The translations under genes and the position numbers were made by a program. A stretch of DNA of 64,000 nucleotides from Camelus ferus (Eukaryota). This document shows positions 51,651 to 64,000 of the stretch, piece by piece. The first letter of the stretch is position 1. The number at the start of each line of letters is the position of its first letter. Below the pieces are notes generated by a model, which saw nothing but the letters and a program-made list of their open reading frames with translations, was not told the DNA's origin and searched no databases. The stretch is from the NCBI RefSeq assembly GCF_009834535.1, contig NC_045696.1, positions 25,050,001 to 25,114,000 of the forward strand, in the 5' to 3' direction.

Positions 51651-53241
51651 ATTTTGGTATTTTGTTTTATTTTGTTTTCCTCATTCTTCCCTCAGGCACT
51701 GAACTCTTGGGACCAGGGTGAGAGGACTGATCTGCTTCCTGCTGTAACACCTTTACTCAGATGTAGAGGAGGTTGCTCTCCTTGATTCAAAGCCTAGCAA
51801 CTTTATTTTGTATGCATGCCTTTAATGTTTTCTAAACTTTAGAGACATTAAAACATTAAGTCTAATTGACCTGGAAACCTTTTAGTATAAATATTATTCT
51901 TCATTAAAATGTTAAATTAACAAAATTAAACACAACAGAAAGAGGACAATTATGTAAAAACTGAAAAATACTCAATTAAAATGGAGCCTAGTTAAAGGCA
52001 TCTGGGATATTAGTTGTTATAGGTGAGCCTTGAATTAATATTAACAGTCCTGCTAGTCAGAAAATTAAAAGCACTTGTTTGTTATTACTGTCTAAAAATA
52101 AGTTACCTAGGTTCAACTAGAGAGATAAACAGTGTCCTGACAAATGTGAATGGAGTTTCCCTTTTAAAAGCATTTCTAGTGGAGGGCATTGCCTTGAGCT
52201 GGCTCTCCAATATGGTCTCTCTGATGAAGACAGGTGGACAAGTGAAGCTGAGACTCAAAGCCCATAAATAGGGCATTTTTTTTTTTTAAATCCTTCTAAG
52301 TCGGCAGGTGTTGTTGAGAGAAATCAGGCTCTGACTCAATATTTCAGCTCTGCTGCACTGAGAAAGAGTGAGCCATGGAGAGCTCCTTACTCTCTGTGGG
52401 CGAGTAGGGGGACCAAGAGAGATGGAGAGCCCTGTGGCTGCTCATGGTTTTTTAATATGCAATGAACCTGCCTCTAGTTAATGGAGCCAATGTAGTGGTA
52501 ACATATTAACAAATCTGATTAGTATTTCCTCCCTCCTTAAGAGGAGTGACCGAAAACATTGGAAAAGAGAACAGAAGTGCAAGAGCATACCTTCTCCCTG
52601 AATCTAATGTCAGGAAAAATAGATGATTGTGAGTGAAAATCAGACAATATAATGAAGTTAAAGTGCTAATTAAATGAGATGTACTGATGTATTAGGTTAA
52701 ATACCTGTTATTAATCTGGTGGAAATATGAGATCTAGTAGAATATGAGTTCCTAGTGAATTAGTCAATATAAATAATACACAAAGGCAAATATCTCAAAT
52801 TTGCTACTTTTTTATGGAAAATGATTTTCTGCTTCAGGCATAGCGCTTTAAGTCATATATTAAGAAAATACAAAAATAAGTTGAAGATCAACTAAATGAT
52901 AAGGTAGCACCTGTAAGATTCACCCCTCCCCCCCCCAATTACTCTTTAAGCAAAGGTTAATGAAATGCTGGCAGTTCTATATAGGTAACAATTGTTATGT
53001 GGTAAGTTTTGCATATCCATTAAAATATATTTAGGAGGCGGGATCTAAACCAGAGGGGGTGAATATGAGCCAGATGTAGAAGAGATTCAGACAGAAGTGC
53101 TAATTTATGAGCTTGGTCGTGCTTATCCTTGAGAATTCTTCATTGAAATGGCATATTTTCCCTCTGTGGTATCTTGACCCCAACCTGATAGAATCATGCT
53201 CTGCGGGTATGTGACTGTGTCATGCCTGCCCTCTGAGCCAG

Positions 53242-53260
53242 TGCCGCCTCTTGGTGGTTC
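53242..53260 (-). promoter_or_regulatory. CTCF-like core motif
   Basis: Minus strand GAACCACCAAGAGGCGGCA resembles CCACCAGRGGGCG. Confidence 0.4.
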
Positions 53261-53739
53261 ATCCAGTATCAAAGATGAGTAGCTCCTGTGGCTGGTAGTG
53301 GCCAGGACAGAAAGAAGAATGTAGATTTACTATCAGAGAACCAGGGGAAGTGGTGGTATCTGCAGACTGGATGCAACGTGATTGGGGGTGGAGAATATCT
53401 AAGTGTTATCTACACAAGTCGGCATCCCTGAATGCTGCCCCTCTGCTTCTTTTAACTACTGTGCAGAGTCAAGTGAGGAGCAGTTCACAGACAGATCTCT
53501 AGAGGACACTTCCTATTTTCCTGCCAGGATTGCTACCTTAGATGTAACAAGTATCTAAGAATGAATGAAACATAACATTTCATATAATAGAGTGATATTT
53601 TTTAACCAGGCACCACTCCCGTCACTTCAGTGATTCTGTACATTATCACAATTATGGTTACAAAACAGTATCTGGTCACAACTCTGCCCTCACTGGCTCC
53701 CCCTGAGCCCACGGAAAGGTCATAAAATCAGAAAGAAAA

Positions 53740-53955
53740 GTAACATTTATTTCATACCTGTAAAAGCTAGGCCTAATGCCAGGAACTGTTGTTGTGTTGT
53801 TTAAGTGCGGTAATAACATTGTGCGGCAACTATTCTTATCCTTATTTAAAGAGCACGTGAGAAAACAGGATCAGAGACGTTAAACAACGTGTCCTGGATT
53901 TTGTATGACTAGCGGAAAGCAGAGCTGAGGGGATTCAGTTCCAAAGCTGTCCTCT
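53740..53955 (-). mobile_element. MIR SINE
   Basis: 'taacatttatt...tgccaggaactgt...gagaaaacaggatcagagacgttaaacaac...gcagagctgaggggattca'. Confidence 0.65.
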
Positions 53956-56900
53956 TTTAAATTCTGTGCCAATTCCAGATCCTTTACCACCTAAGAAATT
54001 GTTTTCAGAAATACTTCAGATTGAACACCTTTCACAGAGCGAGAAGGTTATTGAATTAATGTTTATATGTAAATTTCACCAAGAGTATGTTGTCCTTTTT
54101 ATGTGACTTCAGTGTTTCTTGCACTGAGATACTTTTCCAATGTGGGTTATAGGTGTGATTTGCAGCCCCTTTACTCCTAGTCAGCCTCCATCTGAGATCA
54201 AATGTGTCCATTTGCCAAATGACTAAACTTGGGGTCTAGAAGTCATACTCTTGTACCAGATTTTTTGGTCTGAATTTCTGTCCAAAAATAATTGCCTTAT
54301 GAGGGAATTGCACAGGCTTTCACCGGCACAACTGTTTTTCGTCTTAACACTCCAGCAAATAAATCCTCTGTCCCTGCAACCGAAAAAGACCATGTTAGCC
54401 CACAGTTGACTATGGCTGGCATTTTAGGATAATGCGAACTGAAACCGTAAAGAATCCTACTGACATTTTACAGTATATGCATTCTTTTTATGGAGGGTGG
54501 AGGTGCTTCATTTATGCATCCTAAGGAACAAAATTTAGCTAGTAATTAAAAGTATTTAACCCACATAAAGTCTTTTATGCAGGCTATAAAATTAATTTTA
54601 TTACAGAAATTGCATTACACTTAACAGCTGATGACCTTATCTTGCTGCAGTAATGTATTTTTCATTAAAATGAAACATTGTGTTTCAGAAGCAGGAGCCA
54701 AAAATCAGGCCTTGAATTGAAAAGGGCCACATGTATTATGTACAGTCGCTGTCTTCCGTAAGGGCGTATAACCTGGCGTTTCTCAGTTTATTACTGCATC
54801 AAGATGAGCAGATTTAAACTCTAATTAAAGAGATGCCATACATTGTCTTTTTACAACTTGGGTGACTTTAACTGTTGTACTGTCAAACCAGCCTTGGTAA
54901 ATTATAACTGTTGTTTTGGTCTTTTTTGTAAGCTCTGACGTCTAGGTTGAATTTATCATGAAGTTGGAGTATTGACTATATTTCCACTAAGCCAATATTT
55001 CTCTGTTTAATTCTGGCCATGCCTGGGTACCACCATGTTTTACTTGCTGGTGGTACAAAGTGAATTTTGTTTGTTTTTATTGTACTTATTGTCGAGCACC
55101 CAAAAGACGTAATTTTCTGTGGTACATAACAAACACAGTAGGAATGGCAACTTAAATAATTTATCAAGTTCATGAATGAAGTGATTGCATTTTAAGTATT
55201 TTTATTTATGTATAGAAAAGCAAAACATACATGCTACAAGGAATTAGGATACCCTGAAGTCTTCTGTAAGTTTAATAATCTATTTTAAAACCTTAATGGA
55301 TTTTCAGTGATAGGATCCTTCTTGAAGTTTAAATCAAACCACTTCATACGGTTTGAGTAGTATTTTTCCTGAGTCATTATTATAAAAATAATAGGAGTAC
55401 TATACAGATGAGTGACTAGGAAACTCACCAGGTTATGAAGCACTAAAATTTAAAGATACTTTTAGATATAAGGATAACAAAATGGGTAAATATTAAAGTA
55501 GCCTGATTTTGAAATATAAAAAAAAAGTAGGATAACAGAAATAATCAAGAAAGTGGATTTGTAGGAGAAAGAATAAAGAGATTTTCTTTGAAATAAAAGA
55601 CAATAAAAATCAATGTAATATTCATACGATAGAGTTTAATAGATACAGTATCATAACAATTTGTATTTTCATTATTGGTTGTTGAGTTAGGTCATTTTCT
55701 TTTGTTAATGAGGCCGAGTTGGTATTGTAAAATTGTCCCGTTACTTATACCATGAAGTCATTTTATAGAAATAAATTTGAATGTATTTGGAGGATATTAC
55801 ACATCTTTGCAGGATAAAATCCTAGTGTTTGATTCAGTAGTAATGTTACTGGTTTGTTTAGTCTCTTAACCAGTGTAATATAATATTAAAGGGTTAGAAA
55901 AGCATCATTGGAGTGGACAACATATTCTGAAATAACTTTCTGTGTGTTATTTTAGAGAGAAGCTATTTTATCTTCACATTTCATATTCAAAATAGAGCCT
56001 TGTTCATTTTATTTTAAATAATTTTATTCTACAAATGAAATTTTTATCTTAAAATTCTTATGTGATGAAGCTCCACTATAATTAGAAATTTAGTTTGGGG
56101 AATCATGTTCAATAAAATGAAACCTTGAAGAGTTTATGGTAAAATAGTAGTTGATCTAAAGTCAGTTTTAAAGTAAGGTCTGACCAAGGGTGCTCAAATT
56201 ATAAAGAAAGGAATAACCATAAATGAAAATTTCCACAAAAAGTGCTGAAAATTGGCTTCACTAAAAACATTGTCATCAGGAAGATAGAAGAATGGAAGTA
56301 GGGCTAATAAGTTCCTATCTGTTGCCCTTAAATATTTCACATCAGGAGTGCACTAGAATGAGGTGATATAACTTGATTTTTGTATAGACATAATGTTGAA
56401 ATGGTTTCTCTTTGATATGAAAACATGACATATGTTTGTTTCTCATGCTTAGGATGAGATAAAATCTAACCTGAGGCAAGGAAGTGACCTAGCTGTCATC
56501 TGACAGCAATTTAATAAGGACAAGCCATTCTCATTGGGGTTGGCAGCCTCAGCCGGGATGCTGATGAAAGTACGCTTTCTAGACTGCAGGCCCAGTGCAC
56601 ACTGACCATGAGAAAATGGGGTTTATTTTTGGTATGGACACTTAACTTTGACCGGTTGCTGTCAAATATCCTAACATAGTAAGGCCTCAAAAACATTTAC
56701 CACTCAGCCCTGATGTAAAATTCAAATATGCTTGTTTCTGATACTCTATAAAACCAGCTTCTGTAGGGCCATCAGGTGGAAGGGAGACCTGGACCTGATT
56801 GTTTACAAAAACCAGTATCTTAGCCGTTGTGGTGGGGCTCACTTTCCTAAAGAATGTATTATATTCTCGTTTTTTATATCTGCGAAAGATGCTAATTTCT

Positions 56901-58274
56901 GTCATTTGGGGGTTTCAGATCTACCCTGTTTGCTAATCCACTTAGCCTAAAATTGCTCTGAGTAGTTGCTCACAGAGTTTATCATCATCTGTCTGCCTGC
57001 TCTGTATTCAGATGTCACATTCGTAAGTGAAGGTGTTTTAAGGTGGAATGTCAGTCTTTATTTTCATTATTTTCACCTATTTGAGGGGCATATTATCTGT
57101 TAAATTTTGGTTTTAACCATCTAGACTAGATCTAAATATTCCAAGGATATGTAGGTAAAGTATATAACTCTTTATGCAAACAAAGCAGAGAAAATAGGTC
57201 ACTTTTTTTCCCTTTGGAGTACTAGAATTGCCATATTTAAGGCATCCTGAGAGAATATTTCTAATCCTTTGCTTTTGTCAATATCACATGAAATGATACT
57301 ACAGTTTTTCCTATTCATATTCTTTTTAAAAAATACTCTCCAGTGCTGGAGAGACTGGCTTGTTTATGGAATAAGTAGCAATTAATTGAAATTTATGGTT
57401 TATCTTTAAAAAAAGAAAGCCTTTTTAGAACTCTTTGGCAAGAAAACAAAGTGCATTAGCAATCCCTTTCAAAGCACTTTAAGTCAAATTCATGAGAATT
57501 GTTAAAAATGTGAGTTTTATTCTTTTTATGAAATAAATATATGCATGTGCATATACATGTATGTGTACTATAAAACATGTACAAACTACATTCTTTCTTA
57601 GGCAGATGTTACTCAGATGGAAACTAATGTCTGTTTCCAAAGCATAATGTGGGTACTTAGATTTTATCTCAGCTTTGCTTCTTGGTAGATAAATGAATGT
57701 CTGTAAGTGAACCTGTCTGAATGTGTTTTCTCTGTAAATTGAACAACTGTATCTTAATAAAGAGATATTTGGAAGAGTAGTACTTCTTACTAGGAGATTA
57801 GTTCAACCTCACAAAGTTAAGTGATTAATAAATGGTAATAATAATAGATAACTCACTATTTTACTACTTTCCTATGCTTGAATATCTACCATAGAACTGG
57901 ATGAAAATGAGAATTTAAGTACACTGCAGAAGCAGAAATGAACACTTCAGGTATGCCCCACTCCTCTCAGCCGCTCTGCAGAAATTTTCCATTGGGAAAA
58001 AACCCCAAAGCTGAGGCTGCTGGAGCTTTAGGTTCCCTTTTTGATAGGCCTCATTCTCATTTCTCCCAAACTTCCCTCCACCCACCAAAAAAGCACTCAC
58101 ACACCAGAAAAACAGAAAGGAAAGATTAGAGAAAACCTCAAGAACAAAAAAACTTAAATGCAGGGGAATACACATGCACATAGAACACAGTTTCTTTTCC
58201 TAATAAAAATTAAAATCAACTACAGATTTTAGTGACTGGCAAAGGTTAACTGAGGCTACAGCCACTACGTTCTT

Positions 58275-59600
58275 TTCTTCACCCAAGCTAATTGATTCAG
58301 TCAACAAACAAACATTTACCAACTATTTTAATCTAACTCTGTGCCATATGCTCAGATAAGTAAAAGTCTTTAAAAGTAGGCTGATGTGAAAGGTAAAGAA
58401 TCCCAATCCACTGTGTGGCATGCCATGACAACGTAGGTATAAGAAATGGTGTGACCGTTATCATTACTAGAAGTTCGGGAAGGCTGACCAGAGGAGGTAA
58501 GATGAATCCTTAAAGCCGAAGTTTAATAGGCAGAGAGGTGGAAGGCTCCTTTTAGATAAAAACAAAAGTATTAAAAAAGTAAAAACAAAGCAGCTTGCAT
58601 AGAGGCATAAAAGGGTTGATGTGTTTAGAGAACAATGGGGAGTTTAGATGAGGAGAGCATAGGATGCACGGTGGGGAGCGAGGGGCAGGGGCAAGGGTAA
58701 ACAGCCAGGTAAAGGAGGATGAGTTCTGTGCTACGGGTGACAAGAGCTTCTTCAAAAGAAGAGCTGCTGGATTGAGCTTACCCTTAAAAAAATAACCCTG
58801 TGTTACCATGGAAGAGGTTGTTCAGAAGAGAGCGACAACTCGATAGAGACCAGTTGCAGTAGGAGGGAGTGACAAGGCTTTCATCCTCACCTCCTTCCGG
58901 TCTCGACCCTACTTTTGCCACTTTCCATGGTTAGACACCAATCACCTTATTTATATAACAGCCCCTGTTGCTATTTATCTCCATTTCCTACTTTATTTTT
59001 CTTTTAAAAATATTACAACAGGAACAATTGAATTATGATTTTCCCACTAGAATTTGTGGAATTTTATATTTGTGGGGTTCTTTGGCATAGCCTTGGTGAC
59101 CAGAATATTGCCTGGGTCATAGTAACTACTCAGTAAATACTTTAAAAAATGGATGATTTTTCCAATGTGAGCTTATGAGGATGTGAACTAAGGCAATCAC
59201 CATGGGCATGAGGTAGACAAAGTAGCCTCAAGAAAGTTTTCTAAATTAAAGTCAACAAAATGTATTGCTGATATGGTGGGTAAGATAAGAGAAAAAAGAA
59301 TAAATGAAGGGACTTCTCCATTCCAAGCATGAGAGACAGGATGAATTATGACCATCTATTTAGAATGTAATAGAAAGAACAGGTTTGAGACAGAGATCAT
59401 GAATTCAGTCTGGGAAGTGTTGAACATCCATTGTCTGTGAGCCAATAGAATTGTAGGTCTGGAACCTGGGAGAAAGAGCTGAGATTACGGTAGAGATTTG
59501 TAAGTGATCAAAAATTGATGGCAGTAGAAGATACACGTATGGAAGTCATGTAGAGAGAATAAGAAGATAACACAGAAACTGCAAAGTTTAGGGCATTTGG
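58275..59600 (-). mobile_element. L2 LINE, interrupted by an opposite-strand L2 tail
   Basis: 'gattcagtcaacaaac..acattta', 'gagaccagttgcagt', 'gaattcagtctgggaagtgttgaa', 'ggtctggaacctgggagaaag'. Confidence 0.65.
58880..59155 (+). mobile_element. L2 3' end nested in the antisense L2
   Basis: 'ttcccactagaat...cagaatattgcctgggtcatagtaactactcagtaaatac...tggatga'. Confidence 0.6.
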
Positions 59601-60429
59601 GAGAATATTAAGACCAGGAAAGAAAATGATAATAATTTTTAAATAAGTATTAAGAATAACAAATATGCCATTATTTTAAACCAGTGTTCTTGTAGATTTG
59701 GAATTGAAGGAAGCATTGGGAGTCTTTAAGATTAACTACCATTCATCATGGGAACAACATTCTTTTTTTAAAGGAACAGCATGGGGAAATTAAAATAGCA
59801 CATTCTTGCCAGCACATTTTGTGGGGCTTTTGCATCTTAAAGTGGGGAAAGTTATTAAGTTTTTAGATCACAAAAAACGTGTAGGCTAACGACTGAGCTG
59901 CAGTTCTTTGCCAACCGTAAGACAATGGTGATACCTACACAGTTCTTGTCTGTCGGTCACCAGTGACCTGATAGGGCCAGCATCTGAATGGGGTCTCTCT
60001 TGTTTCTAAAGCCTGTCTACACTTGCCTGATTTGCTCTTTATGTACTTATTTTAAATACTGCTTTTGGTTCTATGTATTGCAAAACAGAAATCATTGAAC
60101 CTTTAATTTCTTGTCAACTCATGTGAGCATGTATCCTTTCTCAGGTGCATATCCTTTGCCTCTTCTCTAAATAGGTCCATGAAAATTCCATTAACAGCAA
60201 CCTCTACAGTGATAGCAGGGTGATAGTTATTACTCCCAAATGCTTATGAAAGAAGCATTTGGAAGCTATCCATCTATTGGTCATCTTAGTCCAACCTACA
60301 CCTAAGAAACTATCCCTTTGCCAGTTTCACTCTATTGTTTGTAAGAGGACTGAATGATTACAGTAGTGATGAGGAAAAAAAATACAGAATCGATGATATG
60401 TAAGACTTTTGTTGGGGTTTATGAGAAAA

Positions 60430-60675
60430 AGGCAGGCACTTTTGTGTTCTTTGCTGAGGGAATGTGAGAAACAGCTGCTACCATCTTGTAATTATGAAGG
60501 TAACAGCCCAAGTGTGAAGCTAAATAGAAGATTTTAAATTGGAGAAAGAGAGAGGAAATAGTTGCTAATAAGCCCTTTATAAAGCTACTTGTAGACTTCT
60601 AAGTTATATGAATTAAAGCATTGGTACTTATTTGATCTTTTTTCTGTCCACAAGCAACAGAGTCCTAAGTGATAC
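60430..60675 (+). mobile_element. Old MaLR LTR (MLT1J/K-like) 3' part
   Basis: 'gctgctaccatcttgtaattatgaagg', 'agacttctaagttatatga', end 'gagtcctaagtgataca'. Confidence 0.55.
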
Positions 60676-60679
60676 ACCC

Positions 60680-60910
60680 GTATTATGTGCCGTTAATTGT
60701 GCTACACATTTTATAAGCATTACATCATTTGATCCTCACCACAATTCTGTGATGCAGTTATAATCACCATTTTACAGATGAGGAAGCTGAGGAACAGAGA
60801 AGTTAAAGAAGTTGTTCCAAATCACATAGTTAATTGGGGTACAGATTCAGGATTTGAACTCTAAGCCTTTTCTAAATCTTACATTTAATTACACATAATA
60901 CTATTCCACC
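60680..60910 (-). mobile_element. MIR SINE
   Basis: 'catttgatcctcaccacaattctgtga...cattttacagatgaggaagctgagg..cagagaagttaa...ggatttgaact'. Confidence 0.85.
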
Positions 60911-61552
60911 TGTCTTGACCAGAATTTGCCTACATATTAGAATTTCTACTCTAATATCTGACTTAAATTTTCTTCCAAGATCTGCCTCATACTAGTACTC
61001 CACCCACATCTCCTTTTTATTGCCACAGAATAGTTCAGAAGTACAGGGTTTATATGTCTGTGTATATGTGATCTACGTACAGAGACTGAAGGATTTCCGT
61101 CTTACAGACAGGAATCTCATTAATCATAGTCCTTGCTGCTCAAGAGGCTGTTAGCATATTCTCCATAGACTCATTTAGTCCCCAGTCCACATCTTATTCT
61201 TTGAAACATATGGAAACCTAATTTAACTAAATTAATATAATTAAATGAAGTATTTAAAGATTCAGAATGTGTCCACGTTAGAACCAGGTACATTACTTAG
61301 GGAATCTCTAAACATTTTTGTGTTATGAAGCCTCATGTAACACCTGTGTGCTTGGAAATGCTGCATTATTGTGTGCTTAAACTCTACTTATAATCTGCTT
61401 CAGTGTTTGTGTAACACACAGCCCCCAATATATATATAAATTTGAGTATATGTGTAAACATATATTTAAGGGTATTTCTGAAATTCTTAAGAACTGTCAA
61501 TATTACCAATAAACCAGTGTATATTGAGTTATTGAAAAAAAATAGATAGTTT

Positions 61553-61892
61553 AGAGGTGGCAGGAGAGGGAATTAGATGAAGATGATCAAAAGGTACAAA
61601 TTTCCAGCTATAAGATAAATAAACACTAGGAATGTTATATGCATTATGATTAATATAATTAATGCTGCTGTGTGTTATACATGACAATTGTTAAGAGAGT
61701 GAATCCTGAGTTCTTATCACAAGGAAATTATTTTTTCTTTCTATTTTATTTTGTGTCTATGAGATGATGGATGTTCAATAAATGTATTGTGGTAATCATT
61801 TCATGATGGATGTTAGTCAAATCATGCTCTGTACCTCAAACTCATACAGTGCTATGTATCAATTATTTCTCAATATAACTGCAAAGAAATAA
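61553..61892 (+). mobile_element. L1MA9/10-like 3' end
   Basis: 'gatcaaaaggtacaaatttccagctataagataaataa', 'gttaagagagtgaatcctgagttcttatcac', 'gtatcaattatttctcaata'. Flanks agatagtt / agatggtt resemble a TSD. Confidence 0.85.
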
Positions 61893-62150
61893 GATGGTTA
61901 ATTTTAATGTGGCTCTGATATGTGAGTTGGCTGATAATCTAGTGGGCTGCACACAAAGAGGTACAAATGGATGTGAGAATAAACATGCAATTAACATGCA
62001 AGAGTGTTAACTGATATATATATATATACACATACAAAGAGAGAATATAAAAAGTTCTGATATATATTAGATATAGATATATATAGAAAATATAAACATA
62101 TTCCATATATTTATAAATAGGTATATAGAATATATAAGGAAATATATATA

Positions 62151-62434
62151 CAGTTGGCCTTTGGAAAACATGGGTTTGAACTGCACAGGTCCACTTATAT
62201 ATGGAAATTTTTCAAATAATACAGTACTCCACAATTCAGAGTTGTTTGAATCCATAGATGCAGAACCATGGGTATAGAGGGTCAACTATGGGACTTGAGC
62301 ATGAACAGATTTTTGGTATCTCTTGTGGGTCCCAGAACGAATCCCCAGTGGATACCAAAGGAAAACACTATACAGATTTTTCAACTGCATGGGGAGTTGG
62401 TGCCCCAACCCCTGCACTATTTAAAGGTCAACTG
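62151..62434. mobile_element. Tigger2-family MITE
   Basis: TIRs cagttggcctttggaaaac / tatttaaaggtcaactg with TA on both sides. Shares 'atgggtttgaact..cag.tccacttatat.tgga' with the 2842 copy. Confidence 0.9.

Positions 62435-62439
<5 letters not shown>

Positions 62440-62483
<44 letters not shown>
62440..62483. repeat. (TA)22 microsatellite
   Basis: Read directly. Confidence 0.98.
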
Positions 62484-62489
<6 letters not shown>

Positions 62490-62761
62490 TAAGTTAATTC
62501 ATATATATAGTTCATTCTCAAAGACACCCTACACAGTGTTATGATTCTTGTCCTACATTAATTAATTGTTATAGAAATGCCATACAGCTTAGTGTTCTTC
62601 ATTATTTCTGATTTACAAAAACAAGTTCTTCATCAGACATCAAAGAATTCCAATTTTTGTTACCAGTTTTAAAAAGGGGAATAACCTATCAAGAGCATTG
62701 TACATCATAATTTTAAACAGGAGTAAATAGAGCAGATTTTTTTAATTAACAAATATCCCTT

Positions 62762-64000
62762 AAACTTCCAGTTTCCAGTTTGACTTGTAAAGAGCTTAGA
62801 AGTCACCACTCCATCCTAACAAGTAAAAAGTGTAACAGACTGAAAAATCAACAACTCTCCTTAGATCCATCAGAGAAAAGAGATCATAGGAAAAATTTGT
62901 TTGCCCATAATTTGAGACACATAGCCAGGGCCAGAGACTCACCACTGGCTGGAGCAGAAACCTCTGAAGGAACCAGTGCTAGGGTAGGAGAACCTGAAAT
63001 GTAGTGGATGGATTGCTGGAGGCTCAGTGTGGACAACTGTGCAAGTTAAAAACTCCAGGGGACACAGATATGGGAGGCCCTCAAACTTTTGTGAGTTTTA
63101 CCTCCAGTATCTCTGCTAAGTCCTCAGGATATACCAGAGAAAAACCCCCCTGTGCTTCTGGCTGGGAGAGAGAAAAACAAAAAACACTATGTTGACACAT
63201 GCCTGAGCATCCTGTTCTCTTAACAAGGCCTGTTCTCAAGAGAAACTATTTTACCAGAGGTTTAAGTGCTGGAGTTTTATCAGAGCCTAACCTAACCGAA
63301 GGAAGAGAAATACCCAACTCCAGAGACTTCTAGTCTTTCACGTAGGGGAAGAGAAATACACAATTCAAGGATCCTCTAATCCTTCCTGTCCAACTAAGAG
63401 GAAAAAAAAAAATTGAGATACACTGGTGAGGTTCAAAGTCCAGGGACACAAGCTCACAAAACTTTGAGGCTATAACTCATAGGACTATAGCATGCTACCC
63501 CTCCTCCCACACCTTACCAGTATATTACTAAAGGCCTATTTAATACGGTATATCATGTCTGCCTTTTAACAAAAACTTAAAGGCATACAAAACGGCAACA
63601 ACAACAAAAACAACAAGACACCATGCATCTTGAAGACACTGAGCAAGTACCAGAATCAAAGTCGGATATGGCTGGAATGTTATAATTATCAGAATAAATT
63701 TTTAATATGATTAATATGCTAAGGGATTTAATGGGAAAAGTGCACAACATGCAAGAACAGATGGAAAATGTTACCAGAGAGATGGAAATTCTGAGAAATA
63801 TTTAAAAAGAAATGCTTGAGATCAAAAACATGTAATGGAAAAGAAGAATGCCTTTAGTGACCTTGTTAGTAGACTGAACAGAGCTAAGGAAAGACTCTCT
63901 GAACTAGAGAATATGACAATAGAAACTTCCAAAACTGAAAAGCTAAAAAAAAAAAAAAAAAAAAAAAAAGACTGGGGCAAAACCCAAGAATATCCAAAAT
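62762..64000 (+). mobile_element. Old L1 (L1MC-like) 5' UTR and decayed ORF1, continuing beyond the window
   Basis: 5' end 'gagcttagaagtcaccactccatcctaacaagtaaaaag..aacagactgaaaaatcaacaactc'. About 63707-63796 translates MINMLRDLMGKVHNMQEQMENVTREMEILR, an L1 ORF1 coiled-coil segment, with stops and frameshifts around it. Confidence 0.85.

Noticed and set aside
51660..51723. 22-nt microexon candidate (CTCAG|...AGG|GTGAGA)
   Set aside because: Appears to lie in a decayed L2-tail-like sequence next to a MIR; no supporting context
52340..52435. REST/RE1-like half sites (ttcagctc; atggagagctcc; atggagagccc)
   Set aside because: Halves are degenerate and not at canonical spacing
59878..59940. gtgtagg...cctacac hairpin as a pre-miRNA
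   Set aside because: Only 7 bp pair cleanly and the interior does not form a continuous stem
60366..60460. C/D-box snoRNA candidate (GTGATGA...CTGA)
   Set aside because: No terminal stem or recognisable guide, and it overlaps a MaLR fragment
1..64000. Prokaryotic-type system, tRNA/rRNA/snRNA gene, intact transposase or viral ORF
   Set aside because: No long ORFs, operon structure or recognisable RNA gene sequence; all identifiable content is mammalian repeat or unique non-coding DNA

Overview
AT-rich mammalian genomic DNA, intronic or intergenic. It is densely filled with eutherian-wide ancient repeats (MIR, L2, old L1M, MaLR MLT1, LTR16, Charlie1/MER53 hAT elements, Tigger2-type MITEs) plus younger L1 3' ends and two ERV-type solo LTRs. 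The young L1 tails and the lack of recognisable Alu, B1/B2, Bov-tA, PRE-1, ERE or SINEC elements suggest a camelid, which is an inference from memory. I recognise no host protein-coding exon, RNA gene or CRISPR array. The recognisable ORF-track peptides are L1 ORF2 fragments, and the rest look like chance ORFs. I find no well-supported novel biological system. The best leads are: (i) a ~1.2 kb tract at 32.5-33.8 kb where an ancient L1 appears rewritten almost only A/T->G/C, next to a tiny CpG cluster and carrying a CTCF-like motif; (ii) an L2 element with a twin-priming-like 5' inversion; (iii) an unexplained internally duplicated 400-bp segment with a 115-aa ORF and polyA signals just downstream of nested LTRs; (iv) a frame-compatible chain of candidate small exons; (v) several CTCF and enhancer-like motif clusters. 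Repeat family names are from recall and boundaries of old repeats are approximate; RepeatMasker/Dfam would confirm them.
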